The notes below the pieces were generated by a model. That model saw only the letters and a program-made list of their open reading frames with translations, did no database searches and was not told the DNA's origin. 64,000 nucleotides of DNA from Lingula anatina. Taxonomy: Eukaryota > Animalia > Brachiopoda. Positions 40,988 through 53,863 of the stretch are shown piece after piece (positions within the stretch are counted from its first letter, which is position 1; every line of letters starts with the position of its first letter). Where the stretch lies: assembly GCA_051362555.1 (NCBI GenBank), contig CM120643.1:22696848-22760847 (forward strand), read 5' to 3'. The translations under genes were made by a program, and so were the position numbers.

Positions 40988-41330
40988 CGGTTTTATTTTT
41001 TGATTTCGCTTTTTGCTTCGTCTCGGAGCTCGATTTTTTCTTGGCCACTGACGTAAATGTAAGGCAATGTTTTTACCTATTAAAATGTATTCTTAACAAT
41101 GGCAACACTCACAATTTACTAATAGACGTTATAACTTTTTCTTTCGTTTAATTTTCACACGACTTTGGTACGTACCGGTCTTTCTGCGGCTGTCTATAAA
41201 ATAGCCATTTAAGGCAGTTATAGAATGAATACTTTTTATTCCTGAATGCATCGTCTCAATAGTCCTTATAGTGCCATCATCAAGTGCGATCTTTTTTTTA
41301 ATGTTTTGTTTCAGATATTCTTGTGACGAG

Positions 41331-41597
41331 ATGTATCTCAGAGTAGTGTTAGTGTCCGCAATGCTGGTGGTCACGTACATCGCTGGCACGGGCGCAACTG
41401 ACGTAAGTTTTTGCTCGAAAAAAAAAAGCAGCTTTCGAAAAAGTAATTCGGAGAACTGCTTTTGGTCTAAATGCAGCACAAGTACGCGCTTGATTTCAAC
41501 ACCGTTTCGTTAATTCCCCTAAAACACTTCAGTTAAACCTCCAGTACGTTGAGTGGCGGGTCAAATATGAGAGTGCGAATGATATGAGAATGTTCCC

Positions 41598-41640
<43 letters not shown>

Positions 41641-41862
41641 TAGCCCAATTTATATATACAGGTGGCTCCCAAACACCCTCCTAGATGCTACTGGATCTGT
41701 CAAACTCACCCTGTTGGGGACCCGCTGGTCTGTGACCGCTGCTACAGCCAGGTGGGCACCTGTGTGTCCTTCGGCTACCCGAAATGCTGGGTGTATGGAC
41801 GCAATTGCGCCAGAAGCAACTGGTACGCCATCAAGTGCTGCCGTCGTCACTATTGTAGTTAA
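41331..41862 (+). CDS. Secreted cationic 10-cysteine peptide, 90-aa precursor, family not recognised
   Basis: Exon 41331-41402 (MYLRVVLVSAMLVVTYIAGTGATD, signal-peptide-like, donor gtaagt) splices in phase 0 to 41662-41862 (VAPKHPPRCYWICQTHPVGDPLVCDRCYSQVGTCVSFGYPKCWVYGRNCARSNWYAIKCCRRHYCS*). Both exons are GC-rich in AT-rich flanks; ATTAAA near 41971. Confidence 0.85.
41598..41641. repeat. (AAT)n microsatellite in the coding intron of the Cys-rich peptide gene
   Basis: Direct inspection; ends about 20 nt before the acceptor. Confidence 0.9.
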
Positions 41863-42145
41863 AAAAGTACTGTTGGCTTGACCACGACCGTGTAGAGGTC
41901 GCTACATATTGCCTTTTAAACGTTAACGTGTATTGATTTGATGATTACTGCTTAGGCTGAAACTATGGCAATTAAAGGCCTTGAAAATAGTATCAATACA
42001 TTTCAGCCGTTTTCAAAGAAACAAGACAAAGAATTTTTGATTCATTTATAACTCGTGCTATAGACAATAAAATTTCGATTATTTCTGGTTTATATCGATA
42101 TTCGTTTAGTTCTTGATGTTCTTTGGCATGTGTGAAGTCAAATTA

Positions 42146-43987
42146 CAAGGTTAATACTTAATATGGAATTTTTTTTATTACTGTTAGTTTTGAGTGCAGA
42201 TTAAATTTTTTTGGCTTTATTCATCCAAATAGTATGTCATTGAGCGATAAAAATATCCAGTCTTCTATTGTGATATATTTTGGTTAATAATATCAAATCT
42301 GACATAAGATGTCATTCAAAAGAAAAGAACACCCGCAGAAAAAAAAACACACCAACACTTTGATGTCAGTATTAACTTCAAGCTAAGATATTAAAGAAAA
42401 TGATAGCCTATATGACAGTGATATGCTACACAGGCAAAGAACACCTTACAGTAAATCATGAAAAGTAATCAATAGCGGACATGACCTCCAGCAGCCGCTT
42501 GCAGCGCCCTCACCCTACATAGCATACCCTGTGACAAGTTTCTCAGAGTTGGGATGGGGATATCATTCCACGCAGTGATATTTGCCTTTCGTGGTTCATC
42601 ACATGATGACCATAGCTATTAACTCTGCGAGTTACTTCCGCCCACAGATTTTCAATTGGGTTCATATCTGGGGAGTTTGCAGGCCAGGGCAGTTACTGAA
42701 CCCCTTGTTTTTTAAGAAAAGCAGTGATTCTGCGAGCTCGATGTTGGGGGTGCGTAATCGTCTTGGTACACAGAGTTGTTCCTGAAGATGGCTCTTACAA
42801 AGGGAAGTAATGTTTGCTGTAGAATGTCTCTGTGGGGACCCTGGTTGAGGTTGCCTTCTAGAAAAACCAACTGGTTCTGGGCACTGGCATGAAATGCTCC
42901 CCAAACAGAGACGCCACCACTCCCTGCTTGCACCCCAGGCAGTACACGATCATCGTTACATGCCTCTCGCACACGCTGGCTGATATGGATTCGACCGCCA
43001 ACCCTTAAAACTCATCGCTCATCACTCAAACGGCGTGATTCCATTGGTTTGGCTGCAAATGCACGTGGTCCCCAGCCCATTGCAGACCTCGCTGTACCTG
43101 TATATGACCTGCTGTTAACAATGGTTTTCGTACTGCTCTTTGTGCAAAATCTTGCAGTAATCTCTTGTTCACGAGGGACCTTGAAACGTGCGTTTGAATG
43201 ACATTTTGCCACTCCCTTCTGAGGACACTGGTTGTCTTTGTACTACCAGCACGGCACAGTCTTTTTTTTTTTTTTTTTATACGAGGACACCCTGGTCGAG
43301 GTCTTGGAGTAGGTGTGCCTGTTGTAGCATTTCTTTGGAGGACTTTACTGACGGTTCCCTGATAAATGTTGAATTGCCTTACAATGGCGGCCCGCTCCTG
43401 GTCATTTTCTCTGACAGCAAGAATCCCGCAGTAAGCTGCGTTGCTTAGCTGTCGAACCATCTCTTCTCTAAGGCTCTATTCCCATAGATTTTAGATCGAT
43501 CTATCCCCGCGGGGAGTCTCACTAGATTACTTTCAGATAATCCGACTTAAATGTCCGTCCCGCCTACTACAAGCTGTAAGAGGGTAATTAACTTTCGTGT
43601 CCGCCCGGCTGACAGCTATTTAGCGTGAACCCCCAGGGAGTTAGGTCGATCTAAAGTAGGTCGATCTAATCTATGGAAATGGGGTGTAAGGTACCTGTCA
43701 AGTTTCGGGGCGACCCCTTTGTTGCTTCTTGAAATGCACTCCAAAGATTGGCCAAACCCATGCGTTTTTATACAAGGGCAGAAATTGTCGAAAAGTCCAC
43801 CCCTCACATTTCTGACCACAGAACATGCAACTGCATGCATCAATTTTTATAAGAGTTGTGTGGTAATTAGGTAACACACCTGGCTACACATGGAGTGACT
43901 ACTCAGTTTCGGATTTAAAATAGTGAGAACATTTTGTAAAAAAATTACTAGCCAAAACATAATATTCCATATTTGGTATTAACCCTG
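42146..43987 (-). mobile_element. Decayed Tc1/mariner transposon with frameshifted transposase
   Basis: TA flanks; imperfect TIRs CAAGGTTAATACTTAATATGGAAT / ATTCCATATTTGGTATTAACCCTG. Minus-strand fragments: HTH-like N-terminus ending RPGCPR, RKPLLT, SDE, VSVWGAF, QDDYAP, WPANSPDMNPIENLW, spread across several frames. Confidence 0.85.
43472..43686. mobile_element. Small MITE with TAA TSD (PIF/Harbinger-type) nested in the Tc1 element
   Basis: TAA at 43469-43471 and 43687-43689; inverted ends ...CCATAGATTTTAGATCGA / TCGATCTAATCTATGG.... Confidence 0.65.
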
Positions 43988-44729
43988 TATGTCTATGCTG
44001 CGCCGATTTCACTCTGCAACACGTTGTTTTCTAAAATACCTGCAGACCGCACAGCGGATGGATTAGTGTATTATGTAATTATCTATGCGCTATCCATACA
44101 ATATCTCCATGCTCAGTTCTCACAATTCAGGATGTACGTCTTAAGAATGATAAGAGGCATTAATTTGATTTATTTTCTTAATTCTTATTTATTCTCTTAT
44201 TTTTTTATCAAAATAACATTTATTTATTTTTTAAGTGACACTCTGGATGTTTGTGTCTCGTGTCACGCACTTGGTAGCTTTTGTCTCTCCTTAGCGAATT
44301 TAGATGTGTTTTCTACATCTAACAGTCAACCTTTTGTATGCATTTTAAATGGGAAATGACTCCCATTTGGTAAATGAAATTTCAAATTTCTCCTTTAGTA
44401 GACGACGACTGATCTCTTGAATGCAAAATAAGATAAATAATTGGTTTATTTGTAAGGAAACTTGCATGTTGTAGGGAAATCGACTAAACAAGTTCCGTCT
44501 CCAGCTAAAGCTCATCCAAATATCATGATATCAGTAATGCAAGGCCCTAAGCAGAGAAATGTGAGGGGGGGGGGGGGGGGGGGGGGTAGGGTGGTGTTGA
44601 AGGCCCCCAATGCATGCAAGAAAGTTATTTGTTTCGCCTATGGTGTTCATGTAGACGCTTATTGAAAGAAAAGTAAGTTCTGATGGACCTGAAGAAAGTA
44701 AAAGGCGAACAGTGTACAAAGACCCCCCT

Positions 44730-44761
<32 letters not shown>

Positions 44762-46552
44762 ATATTTTTAATCTCCAAGGTTCACTGCTACCCTCTACCC
44801 GCGCAGCCTAAAGCCCTATATTTTTTACTCTTCTTTTTTTCTAGGTTAAAGCACGAATTTTACAACAGAACACAATACTACACCTCTTATTATTTGATTT
44901 GAGAATTCGACATGATCATTCGCCGGAAAAAGTTGAAAGTGATTGCAGATTCTGGTGCAGTAAAACTCGTTTATAAAGTCACAGCATGCCTAGGCAACTT
45001 TTTTCTTTAGTGAATTTCACATTATAATATTAAAACAGTATTTAGGAGGAAAGCGACAATCTTTCCAGGATACATTTCATTCACAAGATGATATTATACT
45101 ATTCTTATTTTTAGAAGAAAAGCAAAATTCAGAAATCGGTTATTTTTAACACATTTTTTCTGTTAGACAACGACCGTTTTGACAACGCAACATGGTGGAT
45201 GTGGATAATAAATTACTAAGGCGTGGAGACTGGCATACATGCACGACTCGCACGTATGAAAATAAACGAGGCGTGTTATAAAACCAGTTACAACGCACAG
45301 CAACATGGTGTGGATGACATCGGACTTTTTATATTGAAAAAAGATGGTTCAACAAAGTATATCAGTTTAGAACTTAATTTCTTTGCCCGTAAAGCCATGT
45401 TCTTTTGAAGAAACTCCGAGGACAGTTTGAACAATTTAAGGTCCTAACACAGATCTTCCGCCATGCCTACAGAATTGACTGCGGCTGATACAAGTGCATA
45501 TAGATTGTGTTGCATAGTGTAAAACACCTGGTTACAATGATTTTATGTCAAAACATCATTTGACAATCCTTATACTCATATCGATAAAATGCTGCACTCG
45601 ACGTGCTTTTTTTACCTAAATTACGGAAACCGAGCACACGCAAGGAGTTAAGTAGAAAACCACTACATAAAGGGCTTTTAGTGCTTACCCACTAACTTCT
45701 TACCCACAGTAATGCGTTAGATGTGCATACTGTGCTTAACCTCAAGGATAAAACACTCCTGTTCAGTTTTATTACTGAGTGAATATCAAACATATGGCGC
45801 GTTTTAATTTTACTGATAAATTTATTCATTTTCAAACATTAAAAAGGTATATTTAAAATATTATATTCAAATGTTGTAAAACACAAGACAGATCTTGATA
45901 TTACAGACAACTGTTAAGCCGTAAAAATCAAAAGGCAGGGGTTCCTTATACCAAATGGGCATTTAGGAAAGTAGATGGCTAATTTTATGCTTCATTTTAC
46001 ATTTTACCTTCAGCATACACCAAGATATTTTGATGATATGCTGTAACACACAGTCAAGGCCGAACCCATATCAGTGATTTGTGTCAAAATAAGAATTTTT
46101 TCAATATCACTTTATCTATTGTCCTTATTTATGGTTGTTTGACATTGTTTGACATTTAACGAGCATCAAGTTCTAAAAATAATCTGATCATGCTGTTTTT
46201 CAAAAGAAAACATTCCTCTTGAAATAAACCGTCTCTGTAATGCTATTTATTATAATACATTGTTAAAACAAAACAGACACAAAGGCAAGCGATTTATTTA
46301 TAATGTAAAAATATATACACAAGTGCTATTAAGTGTAAGTATATATAATAACCATGAGGTAATAACTAAAATATACCATTATAATATCATATCAATAATT
46401 GCTTCGTTTTTTGCAGCACTTTAATGCTACTTACAGGAGCAGATTTAATAAATGCCTCACCTGGATGATTTATCTTACATCAGGTATTTTTTAATAAACT
46501 TATGATAACAACAATTCCCCTCCATTGTGGCATCCCCCTCAACTCTTTTATT

Positions 46553-48771
46553 AACAAGGCAGCAAAGCTGTCAAATGTACAGACAAATAGCAGGAAATAA
46601 CAAAATAGGCTACTGTCAATTCTGGTGTAAAAGTACATTATGTTAAACTGCAAATTCAACATCAAATTTTAATTATGCTCAACAGGTAATACCAATGTAA
46701 GTAAAATGTGTAACAAGCATAAGGCTTCAGGCCCATGGGAGTTCAAGTTCACACTTTGAAAATGTAAAACTTTCAGAAAAAGAAGTCAATTAGACTGCTT
46801 TTCCAACTCGAGCTGCATTTTAGTCCTATGTTTCTTTTTTAAAAGTCTGACAATCATAAGTAATATGGTTTTCCCATGATGGTCATCATGGCAGCAATAC
46901 CCAAAATTGTGTTTTCTTCTATTTTGATGCAATATTTCATAATGCTTAACAGCATAAAGAATAAAAAATTTAATAATAAAATATACGTATCGTGGATTTT
47001 CAGAAAATGTGACTAGCATGGGTCTTCAAGCCCAAGGCGGTTCTAAGTCACACCTTGAAATTGCCAATATGTGAAAAATTAAGTTTTCACAAAAAACTGA
47101 TTAACTGCCAGAAAAATTTACCAAATAGACTGCACTGCCTAATGGAACTGTATTTTAGTCCCATGTTTATTTCCTGTAAGTTTGAGAACAGTAAGTGACA
47201 TGGTTATCCTTAAATGGTCATCAAGGGAGCAGTGTCCAAAATAGGGGTTTCTTCAAATTTTGATGCAATATTACATAATGTTTAACAGGATAATAACCAT
47301 CAATTTTAAATAAATAAAATATTAGTATCATGGATATTCAGAAAATGTGACTAGCAAAGGTCTTCAGGCCCATGGAACTTCAAAGTCACACCTTGAAAAT
47401 GCCAAAATGTAGACAAGACAGCACTGTCCTGAAATGCATTTTTTTCCATTTTTAACAATTTTTAACATATAACAAAATTAACACTTTACTGCCATTTTTA
47501 TATGATCAACTAAGAAAATTGATGAGATGGGAAAAATATCAATAGAACAGTGTTTAATGTCCAATTTCCTCCATTCTGAGTTTCTGAACATTGTGAATGA
47601 ATGAATGAATCTGACAAACTGCAATGATAAGAGTTTATTTCCATTTTTGAAACTCTATTATACAATACATGATAACAAGCTTACCATCATTTTTTCATAA
47701 TCAACTAACAATGTTGTAAAGATGCAGGAAATGTTAAACAAAGACTTTTACGTATCTTATTAGTTAAATAATGAGACTGTAAACATGCCTAAGAATTGAA
47801 TCTGAGGAAATGTGAAACAAGACAGTACTGTTATGAAATGGGTTTATTTCCATTTTTAACACTTTTTTAACATAAAACAAAATTAACAGTTTACTGCCAT
47901 TTTTATATGATCAACTAAGAAAGTTGAAGAGATGTGAAAAATATCAATAGAACAGTGTCAAATGTCCAATTTCCTCCATTCTGAGTTTCTGAACATAATG
48001 AATGATTGAATCTTACAAACTGCAATGATATGATTTTATTTCCATTTTTGACACTTTATTACACAATACATGATAACAAGTTTACCATCATTTTTACATA
48101 ATCAACTAACAATGTTGTAAAGATGCAGGAAATGTCAAACAAACACTTTTACGTATCTTATTAATTAAATAATGAGACTGTTAACATACCTAAGAATTGA
48201 ATCTGAAGAAATGTGAAAAAACAGCATAACTTATAAAATAATGGCCCGATTATGCTGATTTTCGAACTTGACCTGCGTTTTAGTAAGATTGATTACTTCT
48301 GTGAGTTTCATGACAACAGGCCTATCGGTTTTCTTTGAAATGTGTTAACAGTGTTGCATATATGCTGAAAAGTGAAAAAACAGCATAACTACTAAAATGG
48401 TGGCCCGATCATGCCGATTTTCGAACTTCACCTGCGTTTTAGTAAGATTGATTACTCCTGTGAGTTTCATGACAACATGCCTATCGGTTTTCTTTGAAAT
48501 GTGTTAACAGTGTTGCATATATGCTGAAAAGTGAAAAAACAGCATAAATTCTACAATAACGGCCCGATCATGCTGATTTTCGAACTTGACCTGCGTTTTA
48601 TGAATATTCATCAGCTTTGTAAATATAAAGCCAAAAAGTAAAACTGTCTTCCACTTATGGTGTTAACGCTGAAAGTGCACGGCGACGGCGACATCGACGG
48701 CGACATGAACGACGACGACAGACGCAGGTGATGGCAATATGTACAGACATATCTGTGTCTGTACATAAAAA
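46553..48771 (-). mobile_element. Non-autonomous Helentron/DINE-1-like (HINE) element with internal tandem arrays
   Basis: On the minus strand: TTTT, ATGTACAGACA, its nearby inverted copy (hairpin 48739-48766), a GTC/GCC microsatellite, tandem units of about 160, 405 and 330 bp, a second TGTCTGTACAT near 46575-46585, a short stem-loop GACAGC-TTT-GCTGCC, then TTGTT. Confidence 0.75.
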
Positions 48772-50797
48772 TCCTCCTTCATTGCCAAGCTTTCCTGTAT
48801 TTTACATTTTTATTTCCCTTATTTTTCTGAAGTTTTGAACCTTTTATTGAAATCTATCTATGATTTACCAACCATATCCTTACCTTTTCACCACTTACAC
48901 AGGAGTATGCTATACAAACATACAAATAAATCATGCAAATAAACAAAAGTTCAAAATTGCTGAACTCTCAAACCAAAATTCTACCAATGTGGATTTTAAT
49001 AATCGTTAAAAATAACATATAAATGAAATACCACTCAAACTTCTTAGCAAATAAACAAATAAACCTATGAATATATGTATAGATATACATAAAGATTCAT
49101 CTTTTTTCCCCTCACCTTGGCCCACTTGTTTTTAATAACTATTTGGCATAAGACCTCATTCCAACAAAGAACAAACACCACCAAATGCTCAATGCTACCA
49201 GATGTTTGCCATCAATTTGTGACATACTGGGCACTATCACAAATATTCTGGATAATCAAATAATTCATTTGTGTTGTAGAAATGCACAAAAATGTCCCTT
49301 TAATATTTTAATAACAGACCATTATATTTACTTGATCTTTTCAATGGGCAAAAATTATCTTTCTATAAAGCATTTGTGGTGCTTTAACTGCATTGAAGAG
49401 AACTATAGAGTAACCTGCTTTTTAATTTTGTTTCTACAACTCAATATGGATGTCCTAATTATTAAGATATTATGACTGAAAAATTCACAATCCCCCCCCC
49501 CCCATTGAAAAGATCGAGTAATCACTGTATTCATATTCCACTTTAAAAGTTTCCCCATTCCATATATCACAGTGAGTCAGCAACAAGTCTTAAAACCCAT
49601 GCATAAAAACCAAAGCTGAATGATGCAAACTGTTATATGCTATGTATAATAACAATTGGATAGATAAAAAGACCTATAGTATAAGTATATCACTATGATT
49701 ATCAGCACTGCAAAGAAAACATTTTAACCAAAAATGGTTAATTGTCAAGAATCTGGGACGGATTAAATGTGCAATTCTGTTCAAAATCAGTTCAAAATCT
49801 TTGTCTTTTTGGCATTATTGGGAAAAAAAAGTATAAATTTCACTAGTGATAAACATTCACTTATGCAAAACAAAGTTTCTACATTAAATGACACAAAATT
49901 GAAAGAAGAAAATGAAAAAAAAAATTTGCCTTAAAGTTGCTAATTTTTAAACATTTTATGGCCAGTTTTCAGCTAAGCTGGGTAGACCTAAAAAAAAAAA
50001 AAAAAAAAACTGAACTAATTCCCTCACTTTGGCAGAGGCACAGAGGGATTAGATTGGCCTTTTATGCTGACCTAATCATAATCTGATGTCTTCCTGATAT
50101 GGGTCATATTTGGTCACTCTAATAATGACCAATTTGAAAGGAGACACAACTTCAACAAACAGGTATCTGGTTTGACACACAAATTGATATCTCTTGCTAC
50201 CTAATGACACTATGAATGGCATGACTGAATGATGGCAAAATGTTTGTCTAACAGCTGAAGCACAATTACATATGGCAATGTATCAAATATGAAATTCTAC
50301 ATGGCTTTCTAAGCATAATGATCTTAAAAATATGATGAATATGACAGCATGGTTGTTGTGGCAAACTACAGCTGCTATCTATAGTCTTATGACTCTAAAA
50401 GAGTTTTTTTTTTGTGTAGGTGCACTGCATGATGCAAAAAGGGCCTTTGTTTCAGAAGTTTCAACTGCTCAACTTTTAATGTATTATGGCACTACAGATG
50501 AAAAAGGCTATGTTCAGGATAGTCTTAAATAAACCAATATATCTTACTTCAAGAAGTATATTTTTAAAGAACCTATCATCTATGTAAACCCTCACTAATT
50601 TGAAGTGAATTAATATTCTGAAAAATAAGTTGTAAATGTTATTTTAACTACATCAACCACCATTCCTTATTCCAACCAAATAACTCATATATTGTAGAGG
50701 TAGCAAAAAGTGTACTTCCTTAAATAAGAACTATAACAGTTTTAGTTAAAACTGAACTGAACATGGCCTAAGTGATAACAAGACAATACAAAAGTTA

Positions 50798-51637
50798 CTA
50801 CAGCAGAGTGACCTTCTCTGTCTTATGACACTGACGGCAAATGTGCTTCTTGGTGATGATTCTTTCCTCTGGTTCCCGAATGTGTAAACTACGCAGTAAA
50901 TCCATCAGCTCTTTCTTTTCCAGTTCTAAGCGTTGTGTCTCCTCTACGCGCTGTTTCTCTTTATCTGATAAGATCTGGACATCCTGTGTGAGACGTGACA
51001 TCTGAGATTTCAGCTCGTCCACCTGACTCTGCAGAACGCTTTCCCTTTGCACCATGTGGCGCCGCTGTGCATCAAGGCGGAGCTCCATCTCTTGTTTCTG
51101 ATCTTCAACTTTACAGATCATCTCTGAGCGGAGAAGTTCTAGTGTGGTCCGTAGCTCCGCAATGCAATTGTGATCTGCATCCTCAGTGCTCAAAAGGGGG
51201 AGGCCACAACCACGCGGGCATTCACGTGTTCTAAATTCGCACGATTGGAGGTGCTCCTCCATCTGCCTTCGTTCAACCATCACTGTGCATCCCACACTGG
51301 GGCACTCCACTGTGTCAAAGGGGCACTCACGGTCATGTGCAGCTGCGTGTTCGAGGTCACACACAAACGTGCAGCCTGCTCGTGTGTTTTTACATCGAAT
51401 CTGGAGCTGGTTTAAGTCATTTTTCATGTAACGGAATATGGGTTTGAGCTCAGACGCCCATAGTGTCCTTCTGTCCTCTGGGCAGAAATTCTCATGCACA
51501 AGCCAGCCATGGATGCAAACTGAACAAAATGCGTGTTCACACGGCGCTTGCAATGGGTCCTCAAGCACATCACGGCAGATGCAACATAAAAGGCCATCGT
51601 TGATTGGTCCGATGAATCGCTCAATGTCATAACCCAT
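50798..51637 (-). CDS. RNF41-like/RNF151-like E3 ligase (C3HC4 RING, SIAH/TRAF-type Zn fingers, coiled coil), single coding exon, 279 aa
   Basis: MGYDIERF...CCICRDVLEDPLQAPCEHAFCSVCIHGWL...CPEDR RING; HNCIAELR; long coiled coil; acceptor ttctccatattacag just upstream near 51657; no NRDP1-type USP8-binding C-terminal domain. Confidence 0.92.
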   Translation of the reverse strand: MGYDIERFIGPINDGLLCCICRDVLEDPLQAPCEHAFCSVCIHGWLVHENFCPEDRRTLWASELKPIFRYMKNDLNQLQIRCKNTRAGCTFVCDLEHAAAHDRECPFDTVECPSVGCTVMVERRQMEEHLQSCEFRTRECPRGCGLPLLSTEDADHNCIAELRTTLELLRSEMICKVEDQKQEMELRLDAQRRHMVQRESVLQSQVDELKSQMSRLTQDVQILSDKEKQRVEETQRLELEKKELMDLLRSLHIREPEERIITKKHICRQCHKTEKVTLL

Positions 51638-51765
51638 CTTTGGATTGAGTTCAGCCCTGTAATATGGAGAAAAATAGACGTCAACTTATGAACTGTTCCT
51701 AGCAAAATTCTCAAAAAACAAGGTTGATAAATAGACAAAATGTGAATTCAATCTTCACATGACAT

Positions 51766-53132
51766 CAGGGCTCGACATTAGCGCCTGTCCGCCTGTCCGG
51801 GACAGGTAAAAATTCAGTTCGGACAGGTGAAGTTGCAGGGTTGGCTGTCCGACGGACAGGTCATGTTTTGTGAGAAATTTGAAGCAAAAGTCTTTAAAAA
51901 ATCATTTTTGTTGCATACTAACGTCTTTTATTCTCTTCCTAGATGGCATTGAAAAGATTGACCTACTTTTGGCACAAAACACATGCAGTCGCAAAATGAA
52001 GTCTGAGTAAACTTACCGCCAAATTATGAAAGTGAACACCCTCCAGAATTTCATCAGACAAAATCTATTCACATATCAGGTTCTTTGCTGAATATTTATT
52101 TAGTTCAAAATCTACATGCAATAGTAATAAAGACCGTTCCAAAAACAGAAACTACACAAGTACTGTACTGGGTACAAAGCCAGATTGAACTGGATGAACT
52201 GGCTATATCTAGTTTGTTGTCAAGGCAACATACTGCCCGTCAATCAAATACGTTGTATGCTATCTACTCACTATAGAAAGTGAAATCTTTTGGACTGAAG
52301 ATCTTGTTGAAATGTAGTTTTTTTTGCCAAAATATAACCTGAAATTTTGTATGATGTTTTCTTAAATGACTCTAGCATCACTTATGTTATTTGCAGTTAA
52401 AAATTAGTGCTGGAATATGATAAATTAACATTGCTGTCATATACCAGAATGATATTGATGTAAGGAAGAAATTAGTAATAACAAATAAGAGAATTTAAAT
52501 AAAAAGAAGGGGAACTCTTTAGACTGATTTTATTTAATTCATATATTAAAGAAAAATCAAACACATGATAACCCCTAAAGAAGTAAAATTGTTAACATAA
52601 ATATAAGTAAAGTATTATAAAATGAATATTATTTAATGTTTCATTGAACTATATTCAAATATTATTAATTTTGAATATTTTAATAAAATTAATTTAACTA
52701 CCCCCTCCCCACTTCCCACTCAGGGTATTTTTTTCCTTAGCTGTTGTAAAACTTCATGTGAATCTGTTATCAAATTGCAGATTTACAATTAGTAGACCCT
52801 GTACCCCAAATCCTAGGAGAAGCCCTGATTGGAACTATGTTAAATCAGACTTATATGCAAGATTTAATCTTCAGGAGTTCACAAGTATGAAAAAAAAAAT
52901 TATCTGAAAATAAATTCATTTTAAGGTGCATTTTTCCAGCTCATTTGATTGAGTATTTTGGTAATAAATACATTAAATGTATGACTATAAATATTAATTT
53001 ACAAAGTTCTAGGTATGAACAGAAAAAAGTATATTGGTTTTGTTGGACAGGTTGGTTTGAAAATCGGACAGGTCAAATTTATGATCACCTGTCCGAAGGA
53101 CAGGTGCTCAAAAAAGTTAATGTCTAGCCCTG
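51766..53132. mobile_element. Non-autonomous hAT-like element in the intron upstream of the RNF41-like CDS
   Basis: TIRs CAGGGCTCGACATTA / TAATGTCTAGCCCTG; 5-bp TSD GACAT; multiple subterminal GGACAGG/CCTGTCC motifs. Confidence 0.8.
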
Positions 53133-53825
53133 GACATCCATTCAAACTAATTAAGTTACTTACTTCAAATCTGACTGTGGTATAATCTATTTAATTTATG
53201 AACATGTGTGTAATACATAAATGTAGAGCCTGATCTCGTGTATTAAAAAAAACTCACTTTTGAAATTCATACAGGTCATTAAAATTGACAAGCTTTTAAA
53301 AATTAGTCACATTTAAACTGCAAACTATATCAAAAGAGGCAATAAATCAAGGGCTACTTTTATGAGTTATCCCCCCCCCCCCAAAAAAAAAAAAAAAAAA
53401 AAGGGATCAGACTCACATCCAGCAGTTTTAACATTTATAAGAGTTGACAAATTCACCCACATACAAAAAAACAACATCACAAGCTCACTCTTTTATCAAA
53501 AGTTCACATAATTCTCCTTGCCAACACACCCATGTAACCGCATGTTCCTACAGTGATACACTAGTAACATGAACAGCTACTAGTTAGTGGAAGTAAGTTA
53601 TTGAGCATAGTAAACACAGTGAACACTGGGTACATTAACCAACTTCCAAGGCTCTTTGCCAGTGATATGTTCTCTACATATTATATTGATTGATTGAATG
53701 CACTGTACTGGAATCTGAACAAGATGGAAAAAAAATGCTGTATTTGATAGCAAGCTTAGGATTTAAAGTTAACCACTGCTTTTTCTGCATGTTATGTTTT
53801 ATAGCTTTAGAGGCTTTATCAACCA

Positions 53826-53863
<38 letters not shown>

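Noticed and set aside
41662-41862. Calling the Cys-rich peptide a big defensin, macin or mytimycin
   Set aside because: Cysteine number and spacing do not fit those families as I recall them; left unassigned.
45180-45660. CpG-richer patch with short ORFs
   Set aside because: No recognisable domain or splice structure; possibly an old transposon remnant, but ends could not be defined.
48210-48600. Regular repeats that might suggest a CRISPR array (also 23480-23590)
   Set aside because: Head-to-tail repeats without unique spacers, eukaryotic context, no cas genes.
50798-51637. Gene symbol RNF41 (NRDP1)
   Set aside because: Lacks the defining C-terminal USP8-interacting domain; better treated as a paralog.
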